Assembly: GCA_051362555.1 (NCBI GenBank)
Contig: CM120646.1
Span: 3,534,001 to 3,598,000, forward strand
Direction: 5' to 3'
DNA length: 64,000 nucleotides
DNA from: Lingula anatina
Lineage: Eukaryota > Animalia > Brachiopoda
The notes beneath the pieces were generated by a model. The model saw nothing but the letters and a program-made list of their open reading frames with translations, had not been told where the DNA came from and did not search any database. This document shows, one piece after another, positions 50,556 to 64,000 of the stretch (positions are counted from its first letter, which is position 1; the number at the start of each line of letters is the position of its first letter). The position numbers were made by a program, and so were the translations under genes.

Positions 50556-53500
50556 CAGTGACCCTAATACATATATATCTATGTCTACTATTTTATGCTA
50601 ATACATGTAAGTAAAGGTTACTTATGCATGCAACATTGTATGTTATGGTTTCTGTTAAGTTTTTTTTCTATCAAGTTTGTTTCCTTTTTCCCATATATTA
50701 CATAGGGGTTTTATAGGACATGTATTTTGAGAGTCATATAGAGATCAGTACACTAGTGCATTTACTAGTGACCTACTTATGGATAGATAACATTATTGAT
50801 CCTGCTTTAACTTATTGGGAACATTCACACTAGACAAAATTTAGTGGATTGAGTTATGACTTGAGTTAAAATTCATGTCTTGGGCCGTACAGATATCTAC
50901 ATAAAGCATGTGTAATTGTTTTCTAAAATGATATGGTCTATTTTTCTGATGACAAAATCCAACAATATTTGAAGAAAAATTTAATTTAATCATCATATTT
51001 TTTTTAATTACTGTAATGATATGAATGAAATGTTCCCACAATTAGTCCGCAACAAACTTACACTAGACTAATAGTACAATTCGAATTACATTTAAAATGT
51101 ACAAGTTCAACATTCTTGTTCACAGTAATTCATGCAAAAACTACCTATAACTATAGCTCCTTGCCCTGCTTGAGATAAATGACATGTTATTAGTTTAATT
51201 GCCATTGCCATAGATTTGTTTGCAGTCCACCTGTGTATATATGTAGTTTGAATGTACTGTTGCTCCCACTGCACACATCCTATGCTAGGCCTGCGCTTAC
51301 TGATAACAGATGCAGACATTTTCTCCAAACTTTTCATGATCTGATTGGTATATAATATGTACACACAAATTTTTTTCCTCATGTTGATGTTTAAATTAAC
51401 ATTTCCTGATCATTTAAGTTTAATTCAACCTGATTATAGCCTTTGGATGATAAGAAATGCACAGTGTAATTTTAAGTAATGAAAATTAATTGATAAATTG
51501 AAATCCATATATAGCCAAATGCAGCTTGCTGATGTACATTAACCTTGTTTCTTTTTTTCTCCATCCAGCACATCAGGCAGCTGTTGAAGGAAGGTAAGAA
51601 GGTGTACCACTTTGGTTTTGGTCAGGCCCCGTTTCCCCTTCTACCCTGTGCTGCTGAGGGACTCCGGGAGCATGCAGAGGAGACGGCTTATCTCGCCACT
51701 CAAGGTTACTTTGATTTTTCAGAATATGGGAAAATGATATCACTGATTGAAATACTTTTTTCGTTGTCATTTACTGAAAAAATATCTTTAATTACTGCTT
51801 ATTTGTTAGGTGAATTCTAAAAAAGATGTAAAATATGTATGATATATCAAAATTGTGAGAATCACCAGTAGAAAATTGATATGAATTTTTTTCTGTGTGG
51901 TTTTGGGTTTACATGTGTGCTTATCCAAATGAGTTGAAGCACCAATTAATCACTAGCTGGGTAAATTAATTGGATTTTTGAAAACATTGATTTTTGTCTT
52001 CTCAGGTATAGCAGAGCTGAGGAAGGGTATTAGCAGGTTCCACAGCAGACACGATGACCTTGACATTGACCCAGATAATATTGTGGTAGCTCCAGGAAGC
52101 AAAGAACTTATATTCCTGCTAATGAGTATATTCAATGGAGGTAAGAGGAATATGCAGGTAAATTGCACTAGAAAACTGATGATTTTCTCTGAGCCACTGT
52201 GTGCCCATGATTTAGATATTATTGTGAAAAATCAGCTAGACTTTAAAAAGTGAAATTCCTTTGAAATTTCTTTGTGTTTTAATTAATCAAAATAATAGGG
52301 AACTCATCAGTAATCCACAAAGAAGATACCGTAGTACTTAATTACCATTGGTTGTGTTGGTTGATTCATGTCAATTGTGCTGGTTGAGATAAAATTGAAT
52401 GTGTTAGTTGAGATATAATTGGATATGTTAGTTGAGCTTTATAATTGAATTTGCTAGTTAAGATTTGAAAGGCCCACTTAAATGCTAGTACAGATGTAAT
52501 ACAGGTATGAACCTGGCACCCTCCCTTAGCTCCTCAGGTACAACCTTATCCTCCTCCCTCAGAAATACACAGTGTATAACTTGTGAGACAGGATGAATTC
52601 AGCCAATTTATCCATTCCTGTGTCTTACGTAACATTGGTAACGTCTACTGTTTTACTAAGTACAATGTACATCATGAGTCATTGAACATGGCGAGGCAAA
52701 TTCTCTTAATCCTTGTTACCCCATCCTTTAAGCAAAACTCTTACATCAACCAGTGCATTAAGCAGCAATATATATTAAATGTAGTGAGTTGATACTCATT
52801 AGATACAGATATTGCATGCACTTACATGTATAATGGTAAATATTTTACTGTATTTTACTGTCCACAGACATTCTGATCCTGTCTCCTGCATGGACAACCT
52901 ACCAGCCGCAGTCTGTGTTAACACATCATCGTCACTTCCTGATAGACAGCTGTGCTCAGAGGGGATGGAGGGTCACCCCGGAGGCCATTGAAAAGGTAAC
53001 GAATTACAGATGAATTATGGGAAATGCCCATGTGCTCATTGAGTATATACTGCACTACATGTAAATACTATACTACTGTACATGCCAGCCTGTAGACACT
53101 GTGCAACTCGAATGTCACCTTTATATTTTACCATTAAAATTCAGACATATCTGCTGGAACATATATTTCTTTCATTAGTACATGTATTAGTTAAACTCTA
53201 CTGGCATTGCCTAATTTTAATCTTTTAATTTTAAAACTCAAACACATTTTCTTTTCCCACAGTTTCAGAGTTAAATGAGTACAGAGTTTAAATGTATATA
53301 TTTTGATAATATAGTACAATGTTTGTTTCAAAGCAACAGTGTATATAACTTGTATATTTTTGTCATCTAGACTGCTATATTTTCATAGTTTGTTGATCTG
53401 ATGAGAAATTCAAGTAAAAACATAATTATTATATTTATATTAATTTTATTATTTTCTAAAGTTCGACATTTTTTCTATTTATTTATATATGCAGGTGGTG

Positions 53501-56500
53501 AATGAAAATAATCTCAAGCAGAACCGTCTGATGATCATGTGTAACCCTGATAATCCAAGTAAGTTATGGCACCCTGAGGGTTTAGTTTACACATTCTCAC
53601 ACATTCATTAGCACTAAGAGAAATGCAGGTTCATAATATACAAACAGGCGCCCCTGCATCAATGTTTACTACATGCAGCTGTTGGTAAATTAATACAAAT
53701 ATGGGAATAGAGGCAAGAAACGTTTTGACAGAGTTATAACTGACAGTGTGTCAAAAGTCCACTACCAGTAAAAGTTATAAACTGATATCTGTATACTGTT
53801 TCTGCAGCATTAAAGACAAAAATATTGAATTTCTTGGAGCTATATTTCAGCCGATATTTTGGGTATAAATGATAACATATCATATTTTTACCCAAACAAT
53901 TTTCTTAACTATGAGGTTGAACTGCATTATGACTGATTTTAAATAATAAAATGAGTTTTGTAACAATTTTTGAAAGATTTATAGTGTTAGAGAAAGTTAT
54001 AAATACTGACAGCTCATGTAGGATGCGGTTGCACCTTAAAACCTCATGCACAGCTCATCTTTACGTACAAGCACAATAGTAACAGACAATTTACAATGTC
54101 ATAACAACCAGTTTGCTTCTATGTCTGCTTCAGGGGGGCATATAATATCACATACAGGTTCCCCAGTTGAGAAAAAGATGCCATTCCCATAATTTAACAC
54201 AGTTGTTCTTGCTATTATGGGTTGGGGAGGGGGGGGGGGGAGGGGGGGTCTTGCCTGTCTCTCCTCTAGAAATGTTCCAAATTTCTGTTTGGACACCTGC
54301 TAGAAATGTTCTAAATTTCTGGTTGGACACCTGTGAGTCTTATTTATTTCTTGTTAAGTAATGTTTTTCACTGTCATTGTATTGACAGATTTGAACTGGC
54401 TTCCCTTCCTTTGCTCTTTTAAGATCAATAAAATTTGTTTCAGCATTGCTATGTTGATTGAGTGTAGAAGTCTGAAAAAATAAATAGTTTCTAAAAAGAT
54501 GAAACATTTTAAACCTTATGATCAGGGTTGAGCATTTTAACCCTGCCTTAATTCATGACAATGAGCTTTGGAAGTTTTTACCATCGTTATTTACAAAAGA
54601 CAATGAAAAGACTACAGCACCAATTCAAGAATTGTTTGGGTATCCACTTCAGAAAATGCAATTAACTTTGGACCTATCTAATCTGAAGTTATATTGAGTA
54701 AGTGTTCAACTTAAAAAATGCATTTGGAAGCATATACATGTATAACAGTATAACGTGGTCTTATGCCATTGATATTGCCTACATGAACAAGATTAGCAAC
54801 ACTGATTGTTATGACAAACTTTATTTTTTAACCCAAATTAAAACACACAATTACATACTATATACTAACATACTACTGAAATCTATGTATACATATTTAG
54901 ATGAACTTTTATGAAATCTGCTGGATTACATAATTGTACAAGGCTTGAGCTTCCACTTGCATGATTTTAATTCGGAACATTTGCCCGCGGAATGTTTGTA
55001 TTATTATTTTGGCTTAAAATGTAATAGATGAATAGATATATTAAGTGCTTTTTTTTTTTTTTTTTGCAAAATGCATCTGATCAAAATGTTTCCTTTTTAA
55101 ATTGCTTTGGTTGCTGGCTGAATTATCATGCCAGTGTGAGCCTTGCCTTGGCTGTAAGCTGTCCTTTGATTGGTCAATTTAATCAGTTGTCATAACTTGT
55201 GTCTGTATGACGATGCCTCGTTATCTACTCTTGGTTTTTCAGCGTGAAGCAGGAAAGGTGTATGAGATATTGGTTCATATGGCTTTGTAGTCTGCAGCTT
55301 ATTTATTGGGGAACATGTTCAAGAAAAAAACAGTTCTTGGTCAGAGAAATTAAAGGGGGTGGATGATGCAGTTAAGGGGGTTGCTATCAAGGACCAATAA
55401 TCAATTTTCTTTTTGACATATTTTGTTGAAGGAGGACTGTATAGAAAGTTTTTTTTTCATAAAGATAAATAAATTAAAATGGTGTCAGTAGAGTTACTAA
55501 AGTGAGAGCACCATAGTCACCAGGCTACGTATGTACCCAGTATCAACTGAAATAAATTTTAAGTGACTTGGACAGGGGAGGTTATTCTGAAAATCACCTT
55601 GAAAGTGTAGAGTAAACATGCAACTGCATATATCTCACATTTGTAATTGATCTAATAACATGCTTATGTAAAAGTCTGCTGTGAACTTTTCTGTTGTCTA
55701 TAGTGCTACATTGTAGATATATACTGTTATTTAATACAATGTAAGTCTGCAGACTATACAGTCATAATAGGTTACATGTATATAATGTGGAGGCTTTAAG
55801 AGAAAGGACGATCCAGTTTTGGATTGTCTACTGCGCGTACATGCCAGATGTGGTGCATTCATGACGATCTGCAAGCACCTGCAAGCGGATCGTTGCCGGC
55901 TGCCAACTCTGCATGATACGTGTCACGGAGGCATGCATGACGTGCCTGCGAGAGCGTGTCCCCTTCCTATTGCTATGGTTTCTTTCCAGCTGGCGTGTGC
56001 TACACAAAAGCCCAGCTTCATAGAATCAGGTTACTTTTTATGAGCATTTTGTTTTTTGGTGTATTTTAGTTTTTATGGTATTAGAATCTATATAATGTGT
56101 TAATATGGTAAAGAAAGGGTGAATTTTTAATTAGAGTATTTATTACTATTACAGATTCAAAATCATCTGTTTACTAAATAGGTAGAAGCAAAGCAAAAAT
56201 AATAAATAAAATAATTAGTGAAATAATGACAAAGAAAGAAGTAAATAAACAATAAATGAATAAATAAATGAACAGAAGTGGTGTTTATATCTTTAAAGGA
56301 ATCATTTGATGCAATTACACTTTTTCTTTTCCTCTTTTATCTTAAAAGGTGATGATAATAATAATTGAAATGTATCGAGTAACTTCATCTGAAAGTCCTT
56401 TCATACAGTGCTTTTTCTTTCTAAAAAAGTCGTCACATACTTCCCCTATGGATTCAAAATCATGTTTAGGTATAGAGAAAAAGAAAGTAACAAAAACAAA

Positions 56501-59500
56501 TAAGAAATAAAAGAACAAAGGGAATTATGGGAAATAATAAAGTAATATGGTAAATAAATAAATAAATTCACAATTCGAAGTTGACAGGTCATTTTTCAGT
56601 CATTGTTAAAAGGTAGTAATGGTAATTAAAATGTAAATTCAGATAAGAGTTTCAAAGATATTTTATCATAGAATTGCTTTTAATTTGCTTCTAAAAAAGT
56701 TGAAAATTAATGGTGACTATTGTTTTGTTGATCTCAGAATAAATACAACATTTATTAAAAAGAGTAATCTTCTTTAGATGTGCATGGAACTCTTTTATAG
56801 TTTTCATTCAAAATTAAGATAAAAACAAATTTGATAAATTGGATTTGATTTGGAATAATATTATTTTATGATTTTAAAGCCTAATTTAGCAAGTCTTAAA
56901 CTAACTTAAATCAAGTCTGGACTGCTGTTTGTCTGATGTATACATGTGTATGTGATAAATAGAGCAAATACTTTTAGTCCATCTTTTCTATATCAATTTC
57001 ATTTTCATATGTTTCTTAATTATTAAATCTGCCATACCACCCTCATTGCCAAAACTACCATCCAAGTATTTAAAATGAGTCAAATAATAATCTAAGAACT
57101 GATCATTGTTTATTAGTCTAAATTTAAGGTAATATAACAGTCAGTGTAGATGTGTTCACGTTACACTCCAAAAGAACGTTTATTTTGTTGTTTGTTTACT
57201 TTTAGTGAGGTCTGCCGTAAGCACAACATCATAGTTCTCTCCGATGAGATCTACGCCAGGACGAAGTTTGATGGGAAACATGAATCCATTGGAAAGGTAA
57301 AAAAGGAAATGGCTTCTTTGTATATATATATATCTATATATCTATATATATCTTTTAAAAATCGCTTTGTCTGAGTGTGCATGGAGTCAGTTGTGATTAT
57401 CCTGCAGCTCATTCCATGAAGACATAGGTTAAACTAAATAGTTAAACTACATGTACATGAGTTAAATTAAAGATTTTCACCAGGTACAAGGCAGTTACGT
57501 AAGTGTTATGTGGTGATATATATTTCATGTGTTTTTGCACATCAGGGGATTAAAAAAATTGCAATTCGTGCTGTTTTGTTTTCTCAGTTCTATCCCGAGG
57601 GCACCATTATCAGCACAGGGTTATCTAAGTGGGCCAGTGCCGGAGGATGGAGAGTAAGTTCACAATGATGTATTATAACAATAATTAAGACCTATAATGT
57701 GTATGTGTGTGATTTTGTGTGCATGCATGTTACATATAACATATGTTTTTACACTGGTGTCCATATTTGAGAGTTTTTCCTTTCCCATATTCAGATGAAA
57801 AACAGATTCACTGTTTTTTTAAAGATTTTTCTGATTTGATTAAGAAATTTCTATCAAGCTTTGTGGGCAATTACTCAGGTGACCAAATTTTATTTGAGTG
57901 CTAGAATGTTATCAGTTGTGTGTTATAAGGTTCCAGAACTATTTTATAATTGTGATAAAAAAACATCAGTTTATGACCATGGGTTAATGCACTTAAAAGA
58001 AGAAAAATAATATTTATATATACATTTACATCTCAATTAAACTCATAAGATGGACAACTAGTCATTTTTTTGCCATAAATAACTTAACTCGTCATCATTT
58101 TGAAGCCTCTCAATGATGACTCTTAAGCAAAAGATTTAATTTTGAATTTTATAAATTAAATCATACACTGTATTTAGCATGAAATTTATGATGTCTCATT
58201 CTTCAGCTTGGTTACCACATTTTTCCTGCCGAGTTAAAATCCTTAAGAGATGCTGTTAAAAGTGCTGCCACTCACAGTTATTCCTGTGCCCCTGCTCCCA
58301 TACAGTACGCTGCTGCTAAGGTGAGTATAGTAACCTTTAGCTTCCATAATTAATGGCTGCAGGTACACCTATTGTAAGATTAGATCATCATGGGTAAATT
58401 ATAAGGTCATGTTTCTTGGGAATATAACTGTGAGTAGATTCCCTGTGGAATATGAGTCAACTAATCCCCTCAGAATCGGGCAAAATTTGCATGTAAATTT
58501 GTTTGAAATATATTTAATGGACAAATGTGATATTCTAAAGTAGCAACTGCCTCTGTTTAGTTATTCTTCCTCTTCAGCAAGTGAAATATGCTCTTTGTAC
58601 CTGTTATGAGGTTAATTTTGTTTCTGAATCATAATATATGTATTAGGCCACACTTTTTTAATTTTATGGATGACATCCTGCGCGCGCACCGATTTTCGTC
58701 CGTTCTCCAAAAAAAAAAAAAAAAAAAAAAAAATCCCCCCCCAAGGAAGTCGGTTGTTGCAAACGTCGTTATTGAATTTGCCGGAAAATGCAATCGGCAA
58801 TCTTCGGCTAATTCCGCAAGCTCCATGCTGTCATTGTCGACTGTGGAGACATCCGAGTAGTTCCGAGTGCGGAAAATGAGCTTTCTGCGCATGCGTATTG
58901 TCACCACGTGGAAATATGGCCGCTTTGCCGTCAAATTCATCTCTAGCATTACTTTCAAAATACATGACAATTAAAGTCATAAAGAGAACGGGGGCCATCG
59001 TTTTGGATTGGTTTGCCATTGATATTGGACATGGAGATATCACCTTTTTACAATTATACGAAAGGCTGGCCGCGGCCAGCAATCATCGCCCGGAAAATTT
59101 CAGTGACATTCTGTCCAAAGCAGCACATAGGCTTACCAGGGTTTTTTTTGTAGCAAAAAAAGGGTCGACAAGAGCGTCTTGGTATTTGGTGGACTGAAGG
59201 TCGGACAGGCCACCCAATAGTTGGCTGCTACGTGTGAGTCGAAGTAGACAAAATGGCATCGACCGAAATTACCTTTTTTAGATTTGGTAGTAGGAAGCAT
59301 AGGCCTATCTTTGCTTCATTTTTTAACAATTCTGTGAAGTGTTCACAATGCTTAAATTTTCTGAGAGTACAAATAAAGACACGCTGTTTATTTGATATTT
59401 GTTTTATTGATTGCTATACCAACAGAATGCATGAAATAACCTTAAATAGATTTGGTAATATGCAGCATATATATAGGCCTATTCATGACTTTTTACCTTT

Positions 59501-61496
59501 CTACAAAGTAGGCCCTATTCACAATGCTTTAATATTTTGAGAGCATGGATAAAGACATGTTGTTAGTTTGATACGTGTTTCTGTGGTAAATTAGTGTTTC
59601 CAGCTGTGTACTGAAAACATAACTTTTCTTAAGCAGTTTTTTTTTTTTGGACTGTTTTTTTTTTTTTTCGCCCGCTCGCACCGATTTTGGGGTCCCCAGA
59701 GGATGTCATCCATAAAAATAAAAAAGTGTGGCCTTATCTAATTTATTTACCTAGAAATTAAAAAAAATTAAGTATTAATAAACAGCGGCCTAAAAAACCT
59801 ATGCATAATGCATATTATTAATGGTGCCATTTCCTGACAATTGCTATAATTATATAATGAATGTTTTTGATCTTTAAACACTTTCCTTAAAGCAGGCAGA
59901 AAACGTGAAAATGGTAGTTTTTTCTAATTTCTAGATGTTCAATCACACAGAACACTGTGATGACTATATTTCTCACACCAGACGCATCTATGAGGCAGTG
60001 GCAGAGCACACATACACGTATGTAATGATTTCTTTTTGTCCCGAATCATTTTTGGTAATGACTCAGTCTTTTCAATTGGAAAAATTAGGAATTTTACAGA
60101 TAGAAGTATTTTTGTAAGTCATAAATTCTTAAAATCAGAATATTCCTATTGAAAGGTGGCAACAAAATTGAAAAGCAGGTGACCCAATAGTTTTATTATA
60201 TGCAGTAAAAGCACCACAAATTCTATATATAGTGATGAATTTTAAAAGTCTTTCATTATGATCCAATATAGTATAAGTTTCATCTTGCAGTGAGCTGACC
60301 TCTATAGGGGTAAAATGTGTGAAACCAGAAGGAAGCTTTTACATGTTTCCAGACTTTGAAATTCTTCGACCTGCCCTGAACCGGAGAGGCATCAGGACGG
60401 GGGCGCAGATGTGTGCTGCGTTGTTGGATGAGGCAGCTGTCACAGTAAGCATTTCTATCCCCTCCATCCCAAGCAGTTACAGATCTTCACACACATCAAT
60501 AATAAACACATCATATAAATTAAGGCACATGTACGTTGTTTGAGGCTTGGACAGTTTTGTGCAAAATTTAATTTTTATCAGGAGGAAAATGTCAACAGTA
60601 CTTCTGTTTTAGGTTGTCATTTTTAATGTTGGAATCAATAAAGACAAGTAACTTTACTGGAGATTGAGACAAAAAATTACTTGTGGACATTTTTAAATAT
60701 GTATAGAATCTGTAAGATACCTTCCAGGATGCTTTTATATTGACCAAACTCTAATTAATTGTTCATGATTGTAAAGAATGAAAATGACCTTTATTCCAGC
60801 TGATAGCCGGTGGTCCTGCCTTCCTACGTCCAGTAGAGGAGCTGACCACCCGGCTCTGCTTCGTGTTCTTTAATGGGAAAGTGGCACTGGAAGAGAGTCA
60901 CAGAATCGGCCTGGACAAGCCACTCCCCAGGGATTTTGTGAAAGAGTTCTGTGTGGATCTGTACGACGGGATACAGGTGAGGGGTTTGGTGTTATCTTTT
61001 GCTCTATTTGGTTTTTACAAAAAAACCTCTCAAAAGAAGTGAATATGAAATCTTTGTTATCATTTTAATATCATGTTTTAAGATTTGGCATTCAAATTCA
61101 TTGGGTTGCACGAGTTGCATACAGTTTGAATTATTCAGTGAGTTGCCACACAAATGCAATTCGCTATTTGCACCTGTTTACACAGACATGGTGGTCACAT
61201 GGATCGCATGCCACTCACTGCCAGCTTCCCCTAATCTTTTTACATATTTACCCTTTGTTGTAAAACTGTGGCTCCCATGTATGTAAAAAAATATGGTACT
61301 TTACTTTTCCAAAAGCAAATTGAAGAATATGAAAAGCATTGCAAATTGACTCAAAACAGTTTTTATATTACATGTCTTGTATTTCAAAATTTGATCGGAT
61401 GTGTTTTTTATTCTCAAGGCGCTGAAAGACTGGGCTCTTAAGCAGCTCCAGGATGCTCCATTGCAAGATAATTGTAAAGAAAATGGAGATGCTTAG
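49609..61496 (+). CDS. Class I/II PLP-dependent aminotransferase (bacterial-type aspartate aminotransferase-like), 13 exons, about 494 aa
   Basis: Phase-consistent exons 49609-49827, 51569-51704, 52006-52140, 52868-52995, 53495-53558, 55990-56029, 57206-57296, 57588-57653, 58207-58320, 59935-60017, 60291-60444, 60800-60976 and 61419-61496. Motifs FGFGQAPFP, GIAELR, PGSKELIF, NPDNPTG, SDEIY, GLSKWASAGGWRLG (PLP Lys) and PEGSFY. Confidence 0.92.
58646..59733. mobile_element. 1.09-kb non-autonomous DNA transposon with ~33-bp TIRs and TTA TSD, intronic
   Basis: tta|ggccacacttttttaattttatggatgacatcct ... aggatgtcatccataaaaataaaaaagtgtggcc|tta. CpG-rich interior with a short ORF (58915-59197). Confidence 0.9.
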
Positions 61497-62219
61497 TAAA
61501 AGAACAAAAAAAAAGAACAGAAACCAGATGTTATTTTGCCTTGGAAGTTTTCTCAGTCTAAGAGAAAAACTGATAGACTGATAGACAGTAGGGCTGTTGG
61601 AGAAATTTCCCTCTTTTTTTTCCAAAAATTTCTCTCTCTCTATTTTCTTAGCAATTTCTCTATCTCTATTTTCTCAACAATTTCTCTCTCTCTATTTTAT
61701 AAACAAATACCGGTATGTTTAGTAAACTACTGTGTGTGACTTTATATAAGCTGCTCCTATCAGGATCATATTCTTTGTAAATGGATTCATTTGGAAACGT
61801 GATGGCACATATTAATTGCTTTAAATTCTAAGGAAAAGAAACTATCTTCAGACATTTCGGTGAGGGGTTACATTGCTTTAGAATTTGTTAAAATTGTGAT
61901 TTTTCTTTTACTTATACACTGTGTTCATGTCTTAGTCTAACACTACAAATATCAAGAATGGATGCAGTCTGTACTAGAATTATGTATTTCGAAGAAATAA
62001 ATCAACAAATTATTTAAGACTAAGTATAGAATATGTTGCAAAGAAATTTTTTGATGAGAAACTGTATTTTCATCATTGAATTAAACTGAGGAGGTGGTTT
62101 TTCAGCTATTTTATCCTAGAGAGGTTGAAGAGAAACATTTATTTATTTGTACTACAGTGCCACAGTTGAAAAGAATTACAATGACAGCTGTGGCTATATT
62201 AAGGTGAAGCAGTACATTT

Positions 62220-62254
<35 letters not shown>

Positions 62255-62712
62255 TTTTGTGAAAAGTATTTCCTGCCTCCTAATTAATGCATCAAAGATG
62301 ATGTTATTGTACTAATATTTTTTTTGAGTCCTCATGAGCTATTTACAAAGTCGAGCCAATTCTATGATATTTGATGATTTGTAGTAATAATTATATTGAT
62401 GACAACAGCATATATCATTGTTATTATTTAATAATGACAAGTATTTATTAATTGCGATTATTTTTAAGTTTAATGGCAATTTCAACTAGTATTTAACTAC
62501 AATTTATTTTAATTTTATCAGTGAACTTGCTTGATCTGAAATCATACCAAAATAAGACTATTATGATAAATTGAAAATAAGTTAATAAATAAAAATATTT
62601 ATATTAATTTTCCATGAATTGCTTCTTCTTACAAACCGTTTCTGATGAATAATAGTTAGTGGCAAATTAGCTATAAATCTTGTTTCCTGCCAACTTTTTA
62701 TATAGTTAAGAG

Positions 62713-62749
<37 letters not shown>

Positions 62750-64000
62750 AAACTTGAATATATATGTTCAGTTTACAAGTTGCTGAAAACTGTTGACCGA
62801 CTCTTCATTAGTGATCATTAAAATGTTTTAATTATTTTAAAGTTTAATGACACTTACAAAAATGGCTATAAATTTATTTTAATTTTTTTAATGGTTAATT
62901 TATATGTGAATGTGATAATACATGTATGTGTAATGAGATATGTAATTGTGTATCTCATATTGAGATTGGATAGTGTGTTTGTGTTAAATGTGATATACTG
63001 GTATAGGATATACTGTAGCACTGTTTCAGTTTTTGAAGGAAAACACTGCACAATAAACAGTTAAGATTTAGAAGCACCGTCTCATGATTAGTGTTTTGAA
63101 GTGTTTTTCGTTCATTTTTACTCACTGGTGTTCCGTTTTCTGTGAACAAAAGGGAAGCTATGATGCCTCAGAGAGCTCCCCTTTCACCTATATTCGATGC
63201 TTTATTACAAGGTTTGATATGAATTAGTTTACGAATGGTGAAACTAATTTTACAGGAATTTAACAGCTGGTGACATAAAAATATTCAATTTGTTAAAGAA
63301 CTGAGCGATTACTACAAGATAATGGAATTGGATAGGGTTAGCAATGATATAAATACCAGTAACCAGAGATTAAAAATTATCAAAAAGATACACGAAAAAT
63401 GCAGATGGCGCGCATGCTCCCTGTTTTAATGAAGCTTCCGTCTTTTGTAATTTCATAAACAGTCTTTTAGGTCTTTTAATTTTCACGGACTACTATTCTT
63501 TATTGTTGATTTGCTGGAGTATAACGAAGGACATGGTTTGACATAACTTGCCCTTTTTATATCTTTTAAAGTCGCTATAAACCTTATACGCTGCATACCT
63601 ACTGTATAAGGTACAGTGTACATGTTATGCTCTTAAGACTCTAAAAATGTCATGTAAAGGTGTTATTTAAAAATGTTGTTTAAGTCCAAAAATAGCCTTT
63701 CTCTTACGCGTAAATTCTCCATGTCATGCGTCTTGAGACCATACAGTGCATTTCGACCAATTAATCTGTGTACAAGAAGGTGGATTTAGAAGGTGTCCGG
63801 AAAGTTACTTTATCTTAATCCCAAAAGTATTAGATATCACAACTGCGCGAGGTACGTGCAATCCCTAGGAGGCTAGGTATTTCTTTCTGGAAGTTTAGAA
63901 TTATTTCCTCATTCCAATGTTATGGTAAACATTCGAGAGAATTCAAAGTCTTGCGACCTCGAAGTCTCTCGTAAAAGCGAGCAAAAACTGTCAGAATTTA

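Noticed and set aside
52130-52165. Sixth exon-end echo (atggag|gtaa versus atgcag|gtaa 17 nt later)
   Set aside because: The match is too short to separate from chance.
55861-55895. ATGA-started hairpin as a second SECIS
   Set aside because: It is intronic, the stem is only ~8 bp, there is no 3' GA quartet partner, and the host gene has no in-frame UGA.
61500-64000. Short ORFs in the terminal AT-rich region
   Set aside because: Low-complexity 3' UTR or intergenic sequence with no coding signal.

Overview
AT-rich, intron-containing animal DNA, probably a lophotrochozoan or mollusc (inferred from gene content and repeat types). It is not prokaryotic, so most short ORFs in the track are spurious or single exons. 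Seven genes can be rebuilt by hand from GT-AG exons. They are TMEM245 (-), selenoprotein O (-, with an in-frame UGA and a SECIS hairpin in the 3' UTR), PDSS1 (+, head-to-head with SELENOO), a single-exon-CDS EF-hand sarcoplasmic Ca-binding protein, a GPI-anchored Ly6/three-finger protein, a TNIP2/CEP55-like EABR+UBAN coiled-coil protein, and a bacterial-type class I/II PLP aminotransferase. The window opens in a 146-bp satellite array that ends in a Helentron/HINE-like terminus. It also holds many non-autonomous DNA transposons (TTA/TAA-TSD MITEs, a Kolobok-like element, foldbacks) and an L2 LINE tail. The most unusual pattern is five separate cases, in three adjacent genes, where the 3' end of an exon or its splice donor is duplicated into the start of the next intron. 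No CRISPR array, rRNA or tRNA was seen.
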